From assembly GCA_001179505.1 (NCBI GenBank), contig CDMY01000543.1, forward strand, positions 1-54,996: a stretch of DNA of 54,996 nucleotides, given 5' to 3'. Source of the DNA: Vitrella brassicaformis CCMP3155 (Eukaryota; Protista; Chromerida). Below, one piece after another: positions 1-11,970 of this stretch (its first letter is position 1; every line of letters starts with the position of its first letter). A program made the translations under genes and the position numbers. The notes below the pieces were generated by a model. That model did not search any database. It was not told the DNA's origin and saw only the letters and a program-made list of their open reading frames with translations.

Positions 1-592
1 GCCGAGGTCGAGGGTGTGCTCTATCTTGCTAAGCAGCTCGTCCACCTTGGGCAGCACCTCCTGCTCCAGCTGCTCGAACCCCGCCTGGTTGTTGCCCTCC
101 ATCATCATGTTACGCAGCTGGTGAAACGCACCCTTGCGAGGGTAGTTGCGGCGGGGCGCTGGCGTCTGGCTCCGCGGGCTGTCGGGTGACGAGTTCTCGT
201 CGGGCGAGGGGGCGCGGGGACGCTTCTCGGCACGCTGGATGGGTGGGGGGGTCACCTCGGCTGCCGCTGCTGCACTGGCCGGTGCAGCTGAAGCGGAAGA
301 CGATGCCTGTTGCTGGTGGGGGATCTGGGGGTTCTGATGATCTTCGTGGGCGGCGGCGTTGGTGGATGCACCCTCACCAGGCTGCTGAAGGGAGGGGTTC
401 GTGTGCCCGACAGCCCTGCGAGGACATCACAGGAGACACCACGCAGATCTCGTTGAAATGCGTCCATGGAATCCGCTTTCCTTCCATAAAATGCTCATCT
501 GTGCCCTCCGGCCCTCCCCTGTGTGCCCCTTCTCACCGTCTGTTGCGTCTGGGCTGCGGTGCAGCCCCCGAGTCGGGATTTGTGTCCTTCAT
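1..592 (-). CDS. Hypothetical protein, 5' part of gene (runs off the window edge); exons 592-537 and 415-<1
   Basis: ATG at 592. Exon 1 MKDTNPDSGAAPQPRRNR, then a phase-2 GT-AG intron 536-416. The frame stays open to base 1: ...RRNYPRKGAFHQLRNMMMEGNNQAGFEQLEQEVLPKVDELLSKIEHTLDLG. No family recognised. Confidence 0.7.
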
Positions 593-1320
593 GGCCTTCT
601 GCGACGCGAGTGAACCGTCAGAGTCGTGATGGGACCGTTGAAATAGCGATAGGTGGCCTGGAAAATGCAGCGCAGGTCACCCGACAGGCCTCCTCTACTA
701 CAGGTTATGCCGCCTTGGCTGCCTGGACGACAAGTGGCTGGAAAGGGGCAAGGGAACCGACCTCGATGCACATCAATGCTCAACGAAACACGCTGAGCGA
801 CCTAAAAGGCGAGGGAGAAAGAAATTTTGTTTGCGAGCTGTTGGCGATGTTTCGCTTTCTCGCCGAGACTTGGGGGTTGCCGTCTCGGCCTTTTTTTCGC
901 ACCGAAGTGTTTGAAGCTTCCTGACATTTCCTCTGCCTCCTTCTTCTCTTCCTGCGCCGTGACACGCGGCCATTTCGTCATACTTCCCCCGCTAAGCCTG
1001 CGCATGGCTCGTTGGTGGCGCACGGTGGGCTCACCGCGCAATCGACGGCCACCGGCAGCATGGACAGCATCGACCGACAAACACAGGTACCAGGATGAAG
1101 CGCTCTCCTGAGAACTGTTCTCAAATCAGCCTGTGTTCTCTCAGAGAAATCTCGCCCTGCGGAAGGGCACGTTTGCCGTGAGGAGGACACAAAGAGGGCG
1201 AACATGGCGACTCCCCTGCGCGCCAGTTGCGCTGTCAACTGGCGCACGACGAGCGGCGCAGAGAGGAGGAGGGACGACACGGAAAGCCAAAGCGGGGAGG
1301 GACTTGGGGAGGGATGACGT

Positions 1321-3200
1321 GGTGGTGTCGGGCCGCTTTCGCATGGTCTTGAGCCTCAAAGACAAGAAGATTATATTATGCACCAAGAGCGCACTTCTCT
1401 TTCGCTGTCCACATGCACCGGTGACGCTTGGACCCTCTACGGTGGGTTCGACTGTCACCGTAGGACCATGCATGGCGCCGCCTGACATCTGCAAAGCTGA
1501 ATGTGGACTTGTGTGCGTTGCACAGGCGTTGACGGGCACCACGTCAGTGCGTTTGTACGCCAGCACCTGCCTCCCTTCTGCTGGCGGACCCCCTGTTCGA
1601 CGAGGATCCGGCGCAAGCACTTCGGCGGGCGTTCAGACAGGTAGTCACATATGTCCAGACATTAACGCACATGTGATGCCACTGGGTGTGATGCTCATGT
1701 GCGTGACGATGTGTGTCTTCAGGCGCACGACAAGGTGGCCCAGCATGGGCGGCATGACGACTCGTTCAACACCACTATAAGTGGAACCACGGCCGGCGTG
1801 GCCCTCCACAAGGCCAACAAGGTCTTCATCGCCCACGTCGGGGACTCGCGCGCCATCCTGGGTATCAAGACAAACGACAGTAAGACACACGAGCAGTGAG
1901 GGCGGCGAGGGGGCAAAATGAACCTATGTTGACGTATTTTCCTCTTTGCATTCCAATTCAGGCGAGTCGTTTGTGGCGGAGACACTGACCCAAGACCACC
2001 ACCCACGGCGACCGGACGAGAAGGAGCGCATTCGGGCGGCAGACGGCCTGATCGGGCGCTTTCCAGGCGAGGAGAGGATTTCAGAGGTGAATGAGTGATG
2101 TGTTGGCAGCGGAGATGAGATCAGATGAGATGAGATGAAAGCATTATACCCTGCACTGTCTCTTGCACCTTTGTGTGTGTGTCAGGACTCGCCATGTCAC
2201 GGGCCATTAGCGATGTGTCGTGGAGCAAGGAGGGCGTGATCCCCGACCCTGACGTCGCGTAAGACATATAATCACAAGCAGAGATGGCTTTGATAAGACA
2301 TGTACACTTGTTCTTTGTGACGACTTTCAGGGAGACGACCATCGACGCCACCCATAGGTTCATTATCCTATGTAGTGATGGACTATGGGACGAGCTGTTG
2401 GCATCTGCCATGGCCGATGTGGTCGGCAAACAAGGACCGGAGGGCGCGCAGAAGGCAGCAAGCACGCAGAGCCAACAACATCATGCCATATGCGGATGTT
2501 TTCTGCATGAAATCGCATTCTGCAGTCTCATGGTGTTGAAGGCAAGAGCATCGGCCACGGCCCCACCCCCCGTCGTCCGAGCCCTCTACGACAACAAGCT
2601 AAGGGGCGGCACATTTCAAGCATACGTAGATGGTACCCACTAACACACACATAAGAGGAGACGGCCGATGTCATGGCATTCACTGCTTTTGTGTGTGTGC
2701 AGACATGACGGCCATTGTGGTGTGGTTGTCGCCGCCCGAGCAGGTTGGTGTCCCCGCCCGCCTCCGTGAAATCGTGTTCGAGTACTTGAGGCAGTGGCCG
2801 CCTCCTAGTGGCGAAACACCGCCATCAACGCTGCTGGACGAGGGCCTGCCCCGTCAAGACATCACCAACCTGCTCGAGGACCTGGTGACGAGCCTGCAGC
2901 AGCGCTCCCCCACAGCAGATGACACCCACCAGCCACCAGCAGAGGGGAAGAAGACGGCCACCCACGGCAGAAGAGCCGTCAAGCCCAGGAGGAGACCACC
3001 AAGACGAGCTGCAGCACAGGGCGCCACCACACCAGCGCGCAACAAGGGTACGACGCCCCTCAGACAGTCGATGGGAGGCAGAACGGGTGGATCATTTGGA
3101 TACGTGCAGTCCTCCTCTTTGCTGATGGGCGGTGTATGTGTGTGTGTGTAGGTGGCACGGCGGGAGAGTCGGCTGCACCACATTCAGGGGAGGGCTCCCT
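1321..3200 (+). pseudogene. PP2C/PPM-family protein phosphatase, probably decayed; 5' start and 3' end uncertain (exon-like pieces extend to about 3786)
   Basis: Spliced motifs appear in the correct order: RQEDY, YGGFDCH(R) for FDGHG, SGTTA, AHVGDSRAILG, LTQDHHP..PDEKERI, GLAMSRAISD, FIILCSDGLWD, VDDMTAIVVWL. Exon 1526-1640 is 115 nt and changes frame between HLP and LLADPLF (one base short). Confidence 0.75.
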
Positions 3201-4415
3201 GAAAACCTGGCTGGCGAAAACGATGCCGTGAGATGGGCGGGAAAGACACAGGGTACGCGGTGCATATTACCGATTGTGTGTTGCCCTTTCTCTCAGAGTA
3301 AGTCCACTTTCGGCCAAGAAGACGACGTCCGGGCGATCTGAATTGGCCAAGAGACTACGTAAGACTAAGATAGCAGCATTTGAGCTCATCACGATGCATG
3401 TGGCTGGGCAGGCGAGTCGCTTCTGCGACAGAAGGAGCCTAAGGAGCTCCCCCAATCAAGGCAAAACACCACACCACGTAAGCACAGCACCGGTACGAGT
3501 TTCTGGTGCATGCATCGCCTTCTCTTTGCAGCAGCCAAGGTGTGCCCGTCGGTAGAGCATCATGCCGTGTTCCGCATCATGGCCCCCACTCCCTATGACT
3601 ACTTCATCGCACGCGACTACGCATGTTTCCGTGCAGGTGAGAGAGACATATCACGCCCACCATGAGACGATGTGCATTCGCCTCTCTCCTTCCTGCGTTT
3701 CAAATGCAGTTGGTGCGATGTCGGGGCCGGCGGTGGCGGCCACGACGCCCGGGGCGTGCAGATGCAGGCAGAAGTCATGTTGCTGAAGGGATGACGGGAG
3801 GGAGGGGGTCTGTCTATCAGCGAGTGGCCAGCTGCTAGACAAACGGATGGTTCATTGCTTTCGCATGACAACCGGCTGGCTGGATGGCTGGTGTGTGTGT
3901 TGGGATTTCTTCTTTGCCCACCTGACGGGCCGCCTGGCTGTCTGTCTGTCTGTCTGTCTGGAAGAGTGGATGGATGGATGGATGGATGGACGGCCGTGTG
4001 ACGGCAAGGTAGAAGGCAGATCAGATCAGCTGAGATGAGAGTGTGCTATGCCTGGCTGACCGACGGCATGAGCCCTTGACGCACACGACGCAGCACCCTC
4101 CCACACGACGTCCGGTTGGCTGGCTGGCTACTTCGTCTCATGCTATCTCTCTGCCCCGTGAGAGTATGTGCGTTGGTCTGCGTGCAGACCAACCAACGCA
4201 GACCATCTGGCTGCCTGCCTGCCTGGCTGCCTCCCCGTGTGTGTGGGTGCATGATTGGCGGACACAGTCAACGTGACGGCGGTCCACATTACTATCAAAG
4301 ATGTACGCTTGTAATGATGCAAGATCAACAGACAGACGCCCTGCAGTCTTCTCAACATTCTTTAACAGCATTTGCACGCCCCGCACCTCTCCCCATGTGT
4401 GTCGCGTCACGTCAG

Positions 4416-5559
4416 TCACTTGCCCTGTGCGGCCTTCCTCTCGAGCTGTTTCCTTTGCTGCGCGTCGAGGATCTTCTTGCGCATGACGATCCGCTTGGGC
4501 GTCACCTCCACCATCTCATCGTCCTGGATGTAGGACAGCGCCATCTCAATGGTGAAGTCTCGCGGCGGAGTCAAGGCAGCAACGATCTCCTGCACAGACA
4601 AATCATGCCCCACGCAGACCACCGACACTCTGGTGTGTGTGTCTGGGAATGGTCTTGGTCCTTTGTCTGCCTGCAGGAGCTCCTGCGTGCATTCGTACGT
4701 ACCTTCTGTTTCTCCCTGCCTTTGTATTTGGGGTGCTCTTTGATGGCGTTCATGACCACGTCGTCTGGGTTGTTACTCTCACCCAGGATCTGACCCATGT
4801 AGATCTGACACACAATCACACACACACGCACATGGGAGGCAGGGGGGACGAGAAACATGCGCCGCACTCACCGGGACTGCATCTCTGACGAACAGAGTGC
4901 CCTTGGTCTGCAGGTCGACCAGCGCGAATTCGGTCGTCGTGCCTGCATGCACAGCACAACGTCAGAGCCAGCACATCGACACACACACGGTGGCCGAAGG
5001 TGTTTGCACAATAAATCTCTCGGTGGCCACTGACTGACCTGATCCAGCGGCGAGGATGAGCCCATTGCGGTCGAGCTTGATCGACGGAGCCTTCGGCCGA
5101 TACTCAAGGAATTCTACACGCACGCAACAAGCACACAATGAATGAGTCCGCACATCTAGAGATTTTATACACGTACAGCGACCTGATGAGACGACGGCCG
5201 TCCCCTTGGTGACGTCACGCAGGAACGTCCGGACACCCAGGAAGTTCCTGTGGAACGGACACACAACAGGACACAAAGGAACAACAAGCAAACGAATGCA
5301 CTGCACACACCCAACCGACCGACTGATTGACACGTAGGCACCTCAGTCCCTCACCTGGATGAGCAGTGGAATTTTATCCTTGAGTTGTCGCCGACGTCCC
5401 TCATGTCGACCAGGTCGGCCATCCTCTGGGACATCTTCTCAATGATGGCGGCCGAGGTGGACAGGGGCGCCTCGATGGTGAACTCCTCCCATGGCTCAAA
5501 CACCCTGCCCTCGTCATCCGTCTGGTACACCACCGTCGGCTGCGTCACTTGCATCTACA

Positions 5560-5595
<36 letters not shown>

Positions 5596-7634
5596 CAGAA
5601 TGCATGTGTGTGTGGGAGGGAGGGGGGTGGCTGAGGCCACTGACCTCGAATCCTTCCCTCCTCATGGTTTCGAGAAGGATGCCGAGCTGCAGCTCGCCGC
5701 GGCCCTTGAGGTTCACCCCGCCGGCCACCTCAGCCACATCGATGGCCACGTTGACCAACGCCTCCTTCCTCAACCGCTGAGCTATCGACTGCAGCGTGTT
5801 CTGAAGAAAAGAAGAAATGCATGATGAGTGGGTGCACAGCGTGTGTGGATGGATGTATGTGTGCATTCATTGTGTGCATGTGAAATATGTCTTACGAAGG
5901 TGCCGTCTTGTCCTGCCAGGGGCGAGGTATTGGGGCTGACCTCCACACAGATGACTGGAGGGTCGATCAACCTGCAGGCAATGCATTCACACAGACACAG
6001 ACAGACAGGCCACAGAAACACGCATGAGTGAATTAATCAATGAACACGTCCGTGCCGTGTGTGGCGTCCTCTCTCTCCGCTGACCTTGCCGGAATGACGT
6101 CGAATTGTTCTTGTGTGGATATGCAGTCGGTGGCCTTGGGCACCGCACCCAGCACAGATATCGACACAATGTCCCCCGCGCCAGCCACGTCCGTCTTCTC
6201 CCGGGTCGTCCCGCGCACAATCGACAGATCGCGAAGCTTGGACTTGCCCGACAGCTGACCAAGCAAACCATAACACCTGTTCAATGCTGAACAAACCGAT
6301 ATGATGCCCCACATCGCTTCTCACCTTGTCTTCCTGTGTGCGATAATAGAGGTCGTTCTTGGCGTTGATGAAAATGCCGCTGTACACCTTGCCCGTCGCC
6401 GTTGGCCCGAACCCCTCTGCCTGCTCGATGAGCGACACCAGCTGCCTCGGGGGGTCGTTGTGCAGCTTCTGCGCCTCTGCGTTGGTGAGGGGGGGCGGGA
6501 CGGTGCTGACGATGGCCTCGAACAGCGGCAGCACGCCCTGGGGATGCTCCTCATTCTTGATGCTATCCCACTCAGTCTCGACCCAGCCTGCACGTGCATG
6601 TGTGTGCCTCATACGAGGTGCGTGTGTGGCGTGGGTGTTAGTTAATGTAGCTACCATTCTTGGCTGACGCGTAAAGGACGGGATATTCCATCTGGTGGTC
6701 GTTGGCCTCGAGGCTCATGAAGAGATCGAAGATCTCGTTCTCGATCTCGCCGGGCGGACGCTCACCTGCACGTCGAGAGCAGGAAGACCACACACAAATG
6801 GACGCGGCGCGATGGTGAGTTGCCGATGCTCACTCACATGGCCTGTCAACTTTGTTGATAACGACAATCGGCTTCAGCTCGGGATTCTGACCGAAGACAC
6901 ACAGCCCATCCATCCATGGCACGTCTGCGCGCCTATCTGTGCGTACCAGTAATGCCTTTGAGAGCACAAATTTCGTTTGTGTGCGGGGTCCCTCCACGAT
7001 GTCCACCACGAGGCACACGCCGTCGACCATCGACAAGATCCGCTCAACCTCTCCTCCGAAATCAGCATGGCCAGGGGTGTCCACTATCTGCAACAAACAC
7101 CAGCACCAACTCCCTCCCTCCCTCCCTCCCTCCCTCTCTGACGCACCCAGGCTTACATTGAGGATTTTGTCCTTCCACGTGAGTCGTGTGCATTTCGACA
7201 GGATGGTGATGCCCCTCTCCCTCTCGAGGTCGTTCTTGTCGAGCAGCCTCTCCTGGTCCACACTCAGCCCCGACTGCCGCAGCAGCTGGTCGACCAGCGT
7301 CGTCTTGCCGTGGTCGACGTGCGCTATCACCGCCACGTTGCGCACCCTCTCGATCTCCACTGGCACCGGCCGTGGGCCTCTGCGACCTGCATACAGTGAG
7401 TGAGTGAGATGCAAAGAGAGATCTCATCAGCTTGGTGCATGAATTGAATGGATGTCTGTTTGCTGACTGACCTGCTGACAGGGCGAGTGACCGTCGCTGC
7501 GTGATGAAAGGCGGGAAGGGGCGAGGGAGAGGAGAGCTGCTGCAGAGAGCGGCAGCTCGTCTTGACAGTGACCCTAGATTGGAGGGCGAACAGGGCATCT
7601 TCAGATCTGGCGCGGGTGGGACTGGCGCACCCAC
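4416..7634 (-). CDS. typA: TypA/BipA translational GTPase, multi-exon, probably organelle-targeted (likely mitochondrial)
   Basis: G1 [10 protein letters not shown]2 ERGITI, G3 [15 protein letters not shown]4 NKVDR. Also [25 protein letters not shown] and the C-terminal [25 protein letters not shown]. Stop TGA at 4418-4416. The N-terminal Arg/Ser/Leu-rich extension starts at ATG 7634 or 7598 and splices in frame. Confidence 0.95.
5556..5596. repeat. Intronic compound microsatellite (CA)n(GA)n, typical of many introns here
   Basis: Read directly. Similar (CA)n, (GT)n, (GA)n, (CAGA)n and (GGAT)n tracts occur in most introns of the window. Confidence 0.95.
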
Positions 7635-7847
7635 CCTTCTTTCCTTTTGCTCTGGGCAGCGGTTTCACGGAATGTCGTCCCGAAAGCCCAATATTTCTTT
7701 ACCCAACTCGTCTGGACATTTCTGAGACTGGCTTGGAGACTGGCATGCTGTTTCGTTGCCTTCCTCGAAGCAGTCTCTTCATAGATCCAGGCTCATTGGA
7801 GAAAAAGGTCACAACTCGTCTCACTGAGCCCCACGCCCCTGTCTCAC

Positions 7848-10800
7848 TCACTGCAGCAGCTGGAACACTTCGATCTCATCGGCGAGAAACGCCCTCAACT
7901 TATGCTGATCCCATGCAGTCAGGCTCACCGTCTCCCATCTCACTCGCACCACACATCCCTCTGATGCCGAACAACTCAAGGTGTCTGGCGCCCACAGCCC
8001 CAGCCACTCGCGTGCAATCGTGTTCAATGTGTGAGAGCGGCCAACCATGAGCTTGGCACACGTGCTGTGGAGCTCGTTGTACCCTCGAGAGAGAGTCACA
8101 CACTGCGCTTTGAGGAAGGGGAATTGAAAAGTAAGCGGCGAGGGCCCTGTGGCAGTGAAGACGAGGGCGTCCGCGTCGTAGCTCTTGAAGGTGTGGCGAC
8201 GGCCTCTTTCTGGGTTGCGAGGAGGCTGCAGGCTGCTGGTGATGAGGCACCCGTCCATGTCTCCATTGGCCCGCACGAGGAACAGCAAGCAGCTTGCATC
8301 ACCCACACGATCGAGCATGTTGGTATAGGCAAATCCGTGCACAGTGGCCCTGTAGTAAAACACACCAAGGAGAGGAGAACAGACAAGAGAAGACAACCAT
8401 ACGCAGAGGTGATCGACGGCTCTTACTTGTAGAGCAGCTCGATGCCTGTGGTCTGTTTGCCCGTCGTCTGCAGTATGGCCATCAGCTGAGCGGGGGATGC
8501 GATCACAGAGGGACTGGGGAGGCACGGCCCATCGCCATGCAGCCGCAGCATGGGCTCCATCGCCACGCCGTGTCTCTCCATGGCCGCCATGAGTGGTGCC
8601 TTGAGCCGTCGAGGCGCATAGGGGGGGTCGACCACAGTCATAGGCGCCGCAGCACGCATGCGGCCTGCAAAGTCGCTAGTTAGCGCCTCGGCTGAGACAT
8701 TGGGAGGCAGAGAGGGGAAGTAGCGCTCGAACATCAAAGAGAGCTGGCGGACTGTCAGTTTCTTGTGCGCGCCTTCTGTGTTGAGCATATCATCGACTGA
8801 TGAGTGGGCAAACGCTGCCTTGCGTAACTGATGAACAGAGACACAATGCAAGGAAGAATGTGCAAGTAGGAACTTTGAGATCTGCTCCCTTACGGCTCCA
8901 ATGCGATCAGCCGCCAAGACGAAACGCAGCTGCCCATGCATGACGGTGATGCGGATCTGCTGGCTCCCAAAGCGGCGCTGTAAAGCGTTTTTGAGGGCAT
9001 CCAGATGGAAGTGCTCTCGCAGGACCACCGTCAGCTGCGAGATGGACTCAATCTCGAGAACCGACCAGATGCTCGACAAAATGAAGACGCCTGGGTTGAC
9101 GACATCGGCAGACGGCACTGAAATAAGCGATACACCCGATATAGTTCTCGTCCTCAGAGCAATGCGTGGGTGCAGGATCCATTTCGGGCCCCTTCGCACT
9201 TACCGTCGAGGTACATGACTAAGCTCTTGATCCGGGGGAGCTGGTGTCTATAATCGCCGGGTGTGATTCCCTCCCTCTCGTCCTCAGCTTTGATGAACTC
9301 GTGGCGACCCTCACACACGAAGCCCAGAGACACTTCATTAATTGCACCACGGCCAGCGTCAATGACAAGCTGACGCATCTCTGTCTCGGTCCCGCACATG
9401 GTCAAGCTATCTAGTAGTAGCAGCTGCTGTCTCCGACCTCCAAGCATCATCTTCGCCACCCCCAGGCCGATACGGTTCTTCACCACCAAACTTTGCACCG
9501 GCTCCAGTCTAATTTGGCTGACTGCTTTGAGCTCGGAAGGCTCATGTGCGATGCCATCAGCTGGCGAAGGCACACCGTCCGCACAGTCAATGGATATGCT
9601 GCAGCCTCTCACTCCTGGGCCCATAGTGTGGAAAGTCGGGCAGACGATGTGGCCATGTGAGGCGGCGAGGCGAACCTTGTACCCACTCAACAACGCATCG
9701 AGCAGTGGAAGGCTGCAGGCGGGCAGCTTGCCGAGGTCGACTTGGGTGTTGGCCAGCAGATGCGCGAGGGGGATGTCTCGCATCTCCGCGCCATAGGAAA
9801 GAACAGAGAAGGTGACCTTGGCCGATGGCGAGCAGGTCGCGTCGATGAATGAGGCGAGGGCCTTGAATCGTTGAGGAACAGCGAATGGCAGTCGTTGCGA
9901 TGAAGCGATACGGACAGGGCGTCGAGAGACTTTGAACAGCCGCGATCCACCAAACACTTCTGCAAGCAAAAGGACAATCGAAGCGAGAAGATGTCTATGT
10001 CATGGCCTCGCCGCCCGCCGGTCTGTGTCTCTTCCTCTTATGTCCTTGCCTGCAGGTCCCGGAGGCCGTCTCTGCAGGCATCACTCGACTCCATCGTATG
10101 GAGTTTGATGCCGGTAATCTTTCGAAGCCTGGCGAGAGGGCCCGGGCTCCCCCGCTGCCCCACAGGGATGCAATCTAGCAACTCAGCCAGCTGCGATGGC
10201 GCCGGCAGGCCCCCATCCAGATCGACGAGGGATCTCGTGGTGGTGACGAATGGCCTGATGTCTACGATCTCAGTGGGCGAATCTGGTACAGACAGAGAAA
10301 GCCGCTCGACAGCCGGCATTGTCCATCCGCGCCCCTCGATCACGAAGTGGCCACGTCTGACCCCTTTGACGTGTGTAAGGGTCGGGAAGCTGATGGACTG
10401 AGGAAGGGCGGCAGCAGGAGGGGTAGAATTGATGGTGGCCAGCTGAGTGATCTCCGGAAATCCGCTGTCTGGAAGCACTACCGGCTCGAAGGTCAGTGAC
10501 TTGAGCGAGCCCTCACTCATCGTTGTGGACTCACCGTTGATCGACCAGGGACGTCGATGTGACGATCAACGGTCGGATCTCCGCGACCTCAGAGACCGTG
10601 CATGGTGCAGACACCCGCTCGAAAGCCGGTGTTGTCCATCCCCGCCCATCACTCACGGAGAAGTTGCTGATGACGCCATTGACCTCTGTGGGGGCCGGCA
10701 GGCTGATGGACTGGGAAGGAGCGGCAGCAGGAGGGGCAGAGTGGATGGTGGTCAGCTGTTCAGCCTGGGGAAGTGCGAGGTCTGAAAACACCACCGACTC

Positions 10801-11631
10801 GAAGCTCAGTGACTTGAGCGAGCCCTCAGTGACTTGAGCGAGCCCTCGGCCGACGTGTTTCCCGGCCCCTCCCTGTCGCGCGCTGCCTGCCGTCCCAACG
10901 CATGACCCACCACCATCGCAATGACGTTGCCAAAGCACCATCCTGTTGCGAAATAATGCCAACCATCTGCTAAGCCATCTATTCCGGCAGGTGTGGCCGG
11001 AGAGCGATGGATGAGACACTTGAGGTTGATCATCTGTTTCCCGAGCTCGTATGCCGTCTTTGACGTCATGTCCTGCCAGAAACTCCGCCGTTGTGAGTTG
11101 CTGCAGTCGATGACGAGCTCGGTGTGGTGCTGCAGGACGGCTCCGCTGAGGGGGGAGGGCAGGCGCGGCTTGAGGCACCACACGGGATTCACCAACGCAT
11201 ACACACCGATGTGCAGCTCCCGAGGCTGCACACAAGGATAAAAGATGCAAAGGAATGGAATTCAATGCAGCCATCTCTTGTCAATGCATTCTTACCATTT
11301 GGATGCCCGACCAGCCCTGCATCCGAATGGCCTGTCGTTCAGCATCAAACCAACAGCAAACAGAAGAGGTCGCACACCCGTGCAACCATTGGATGATGTT
11401 GCTTGTGATCATTACCTTGACTGCCGCAACAGCCTCATTATCAGCCGCACCGCCACCAGGGGCATCATCGCCATCAGCAGACGGTGAATTGGCTTCAGCG
11501 TGGCCTTCAGCGTGGCCACCACTACCTGCAGAAATGAGATGCATCAGCAACAGCCGAAGAATGCACCATCAATGGCCCTCAGTACCTGGCTGCCGGGCGA
11601 CTGGCCGCCAGATCTGCCGCTTGCGAGCCAT
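7848..11631 (-). pseudogene. Family copy 1: F-box-like / LRR-like / linker / TLDc-like protein, frameshifted
   Basis: Shares motifs with copies 2-4: AIRMQGWSG|PRELHIGVYALVNPVWCLK, AYELGKQMINL, KCLVDRGCSKSLD, PPYAPRRLKAPLMAAMERHG, LLYK|ATVHGF, LADEIEVF. Lesions: 20-bp tandem duplication 10807-10846, out-of-frame ~310-bp internal duplication with stop at 10533-10531, and a 10-bp deletion near 9868. Confidence 0.85.
10807..10846. repeat. Perfect 20-bp tandem duplication CAGTGACTTGAGCGAGCCCT x2
   Basis: Read directly. It shifts the frame of family copy 1. Confidence 0.95.
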
Positions 11632-11970
11632 GCTTGAGCGTCAATAGGGATATCTACCACCCGGCCTACCCATCGTGAAAAACGGCGGCGGAACGGCGAG
11701 GGATTCTGCGAGCTCTCGGCCAGGAAAGCATAGCAAGAAAGACAAACGACGAAGCAGGGTGGACCTCTCGCAGCACCGGCAACCTCCTGCTTTTCGCGTA
11801 TCTGCTCGAATCTTCGGGTCATCGCTCTCCAGGTGAGGCAACGAGCAGCAAACGAGAGGGTGATCTGCCCAGGAGAAGAAGCAGCAGCATGATCATTCAA
11901 TGAAGCATCAGTAGCAATCATCTGTTGCTTTGTGTGTTGTGTTGTCTTGTGTTGTGTTGTGTGTTGTCAG

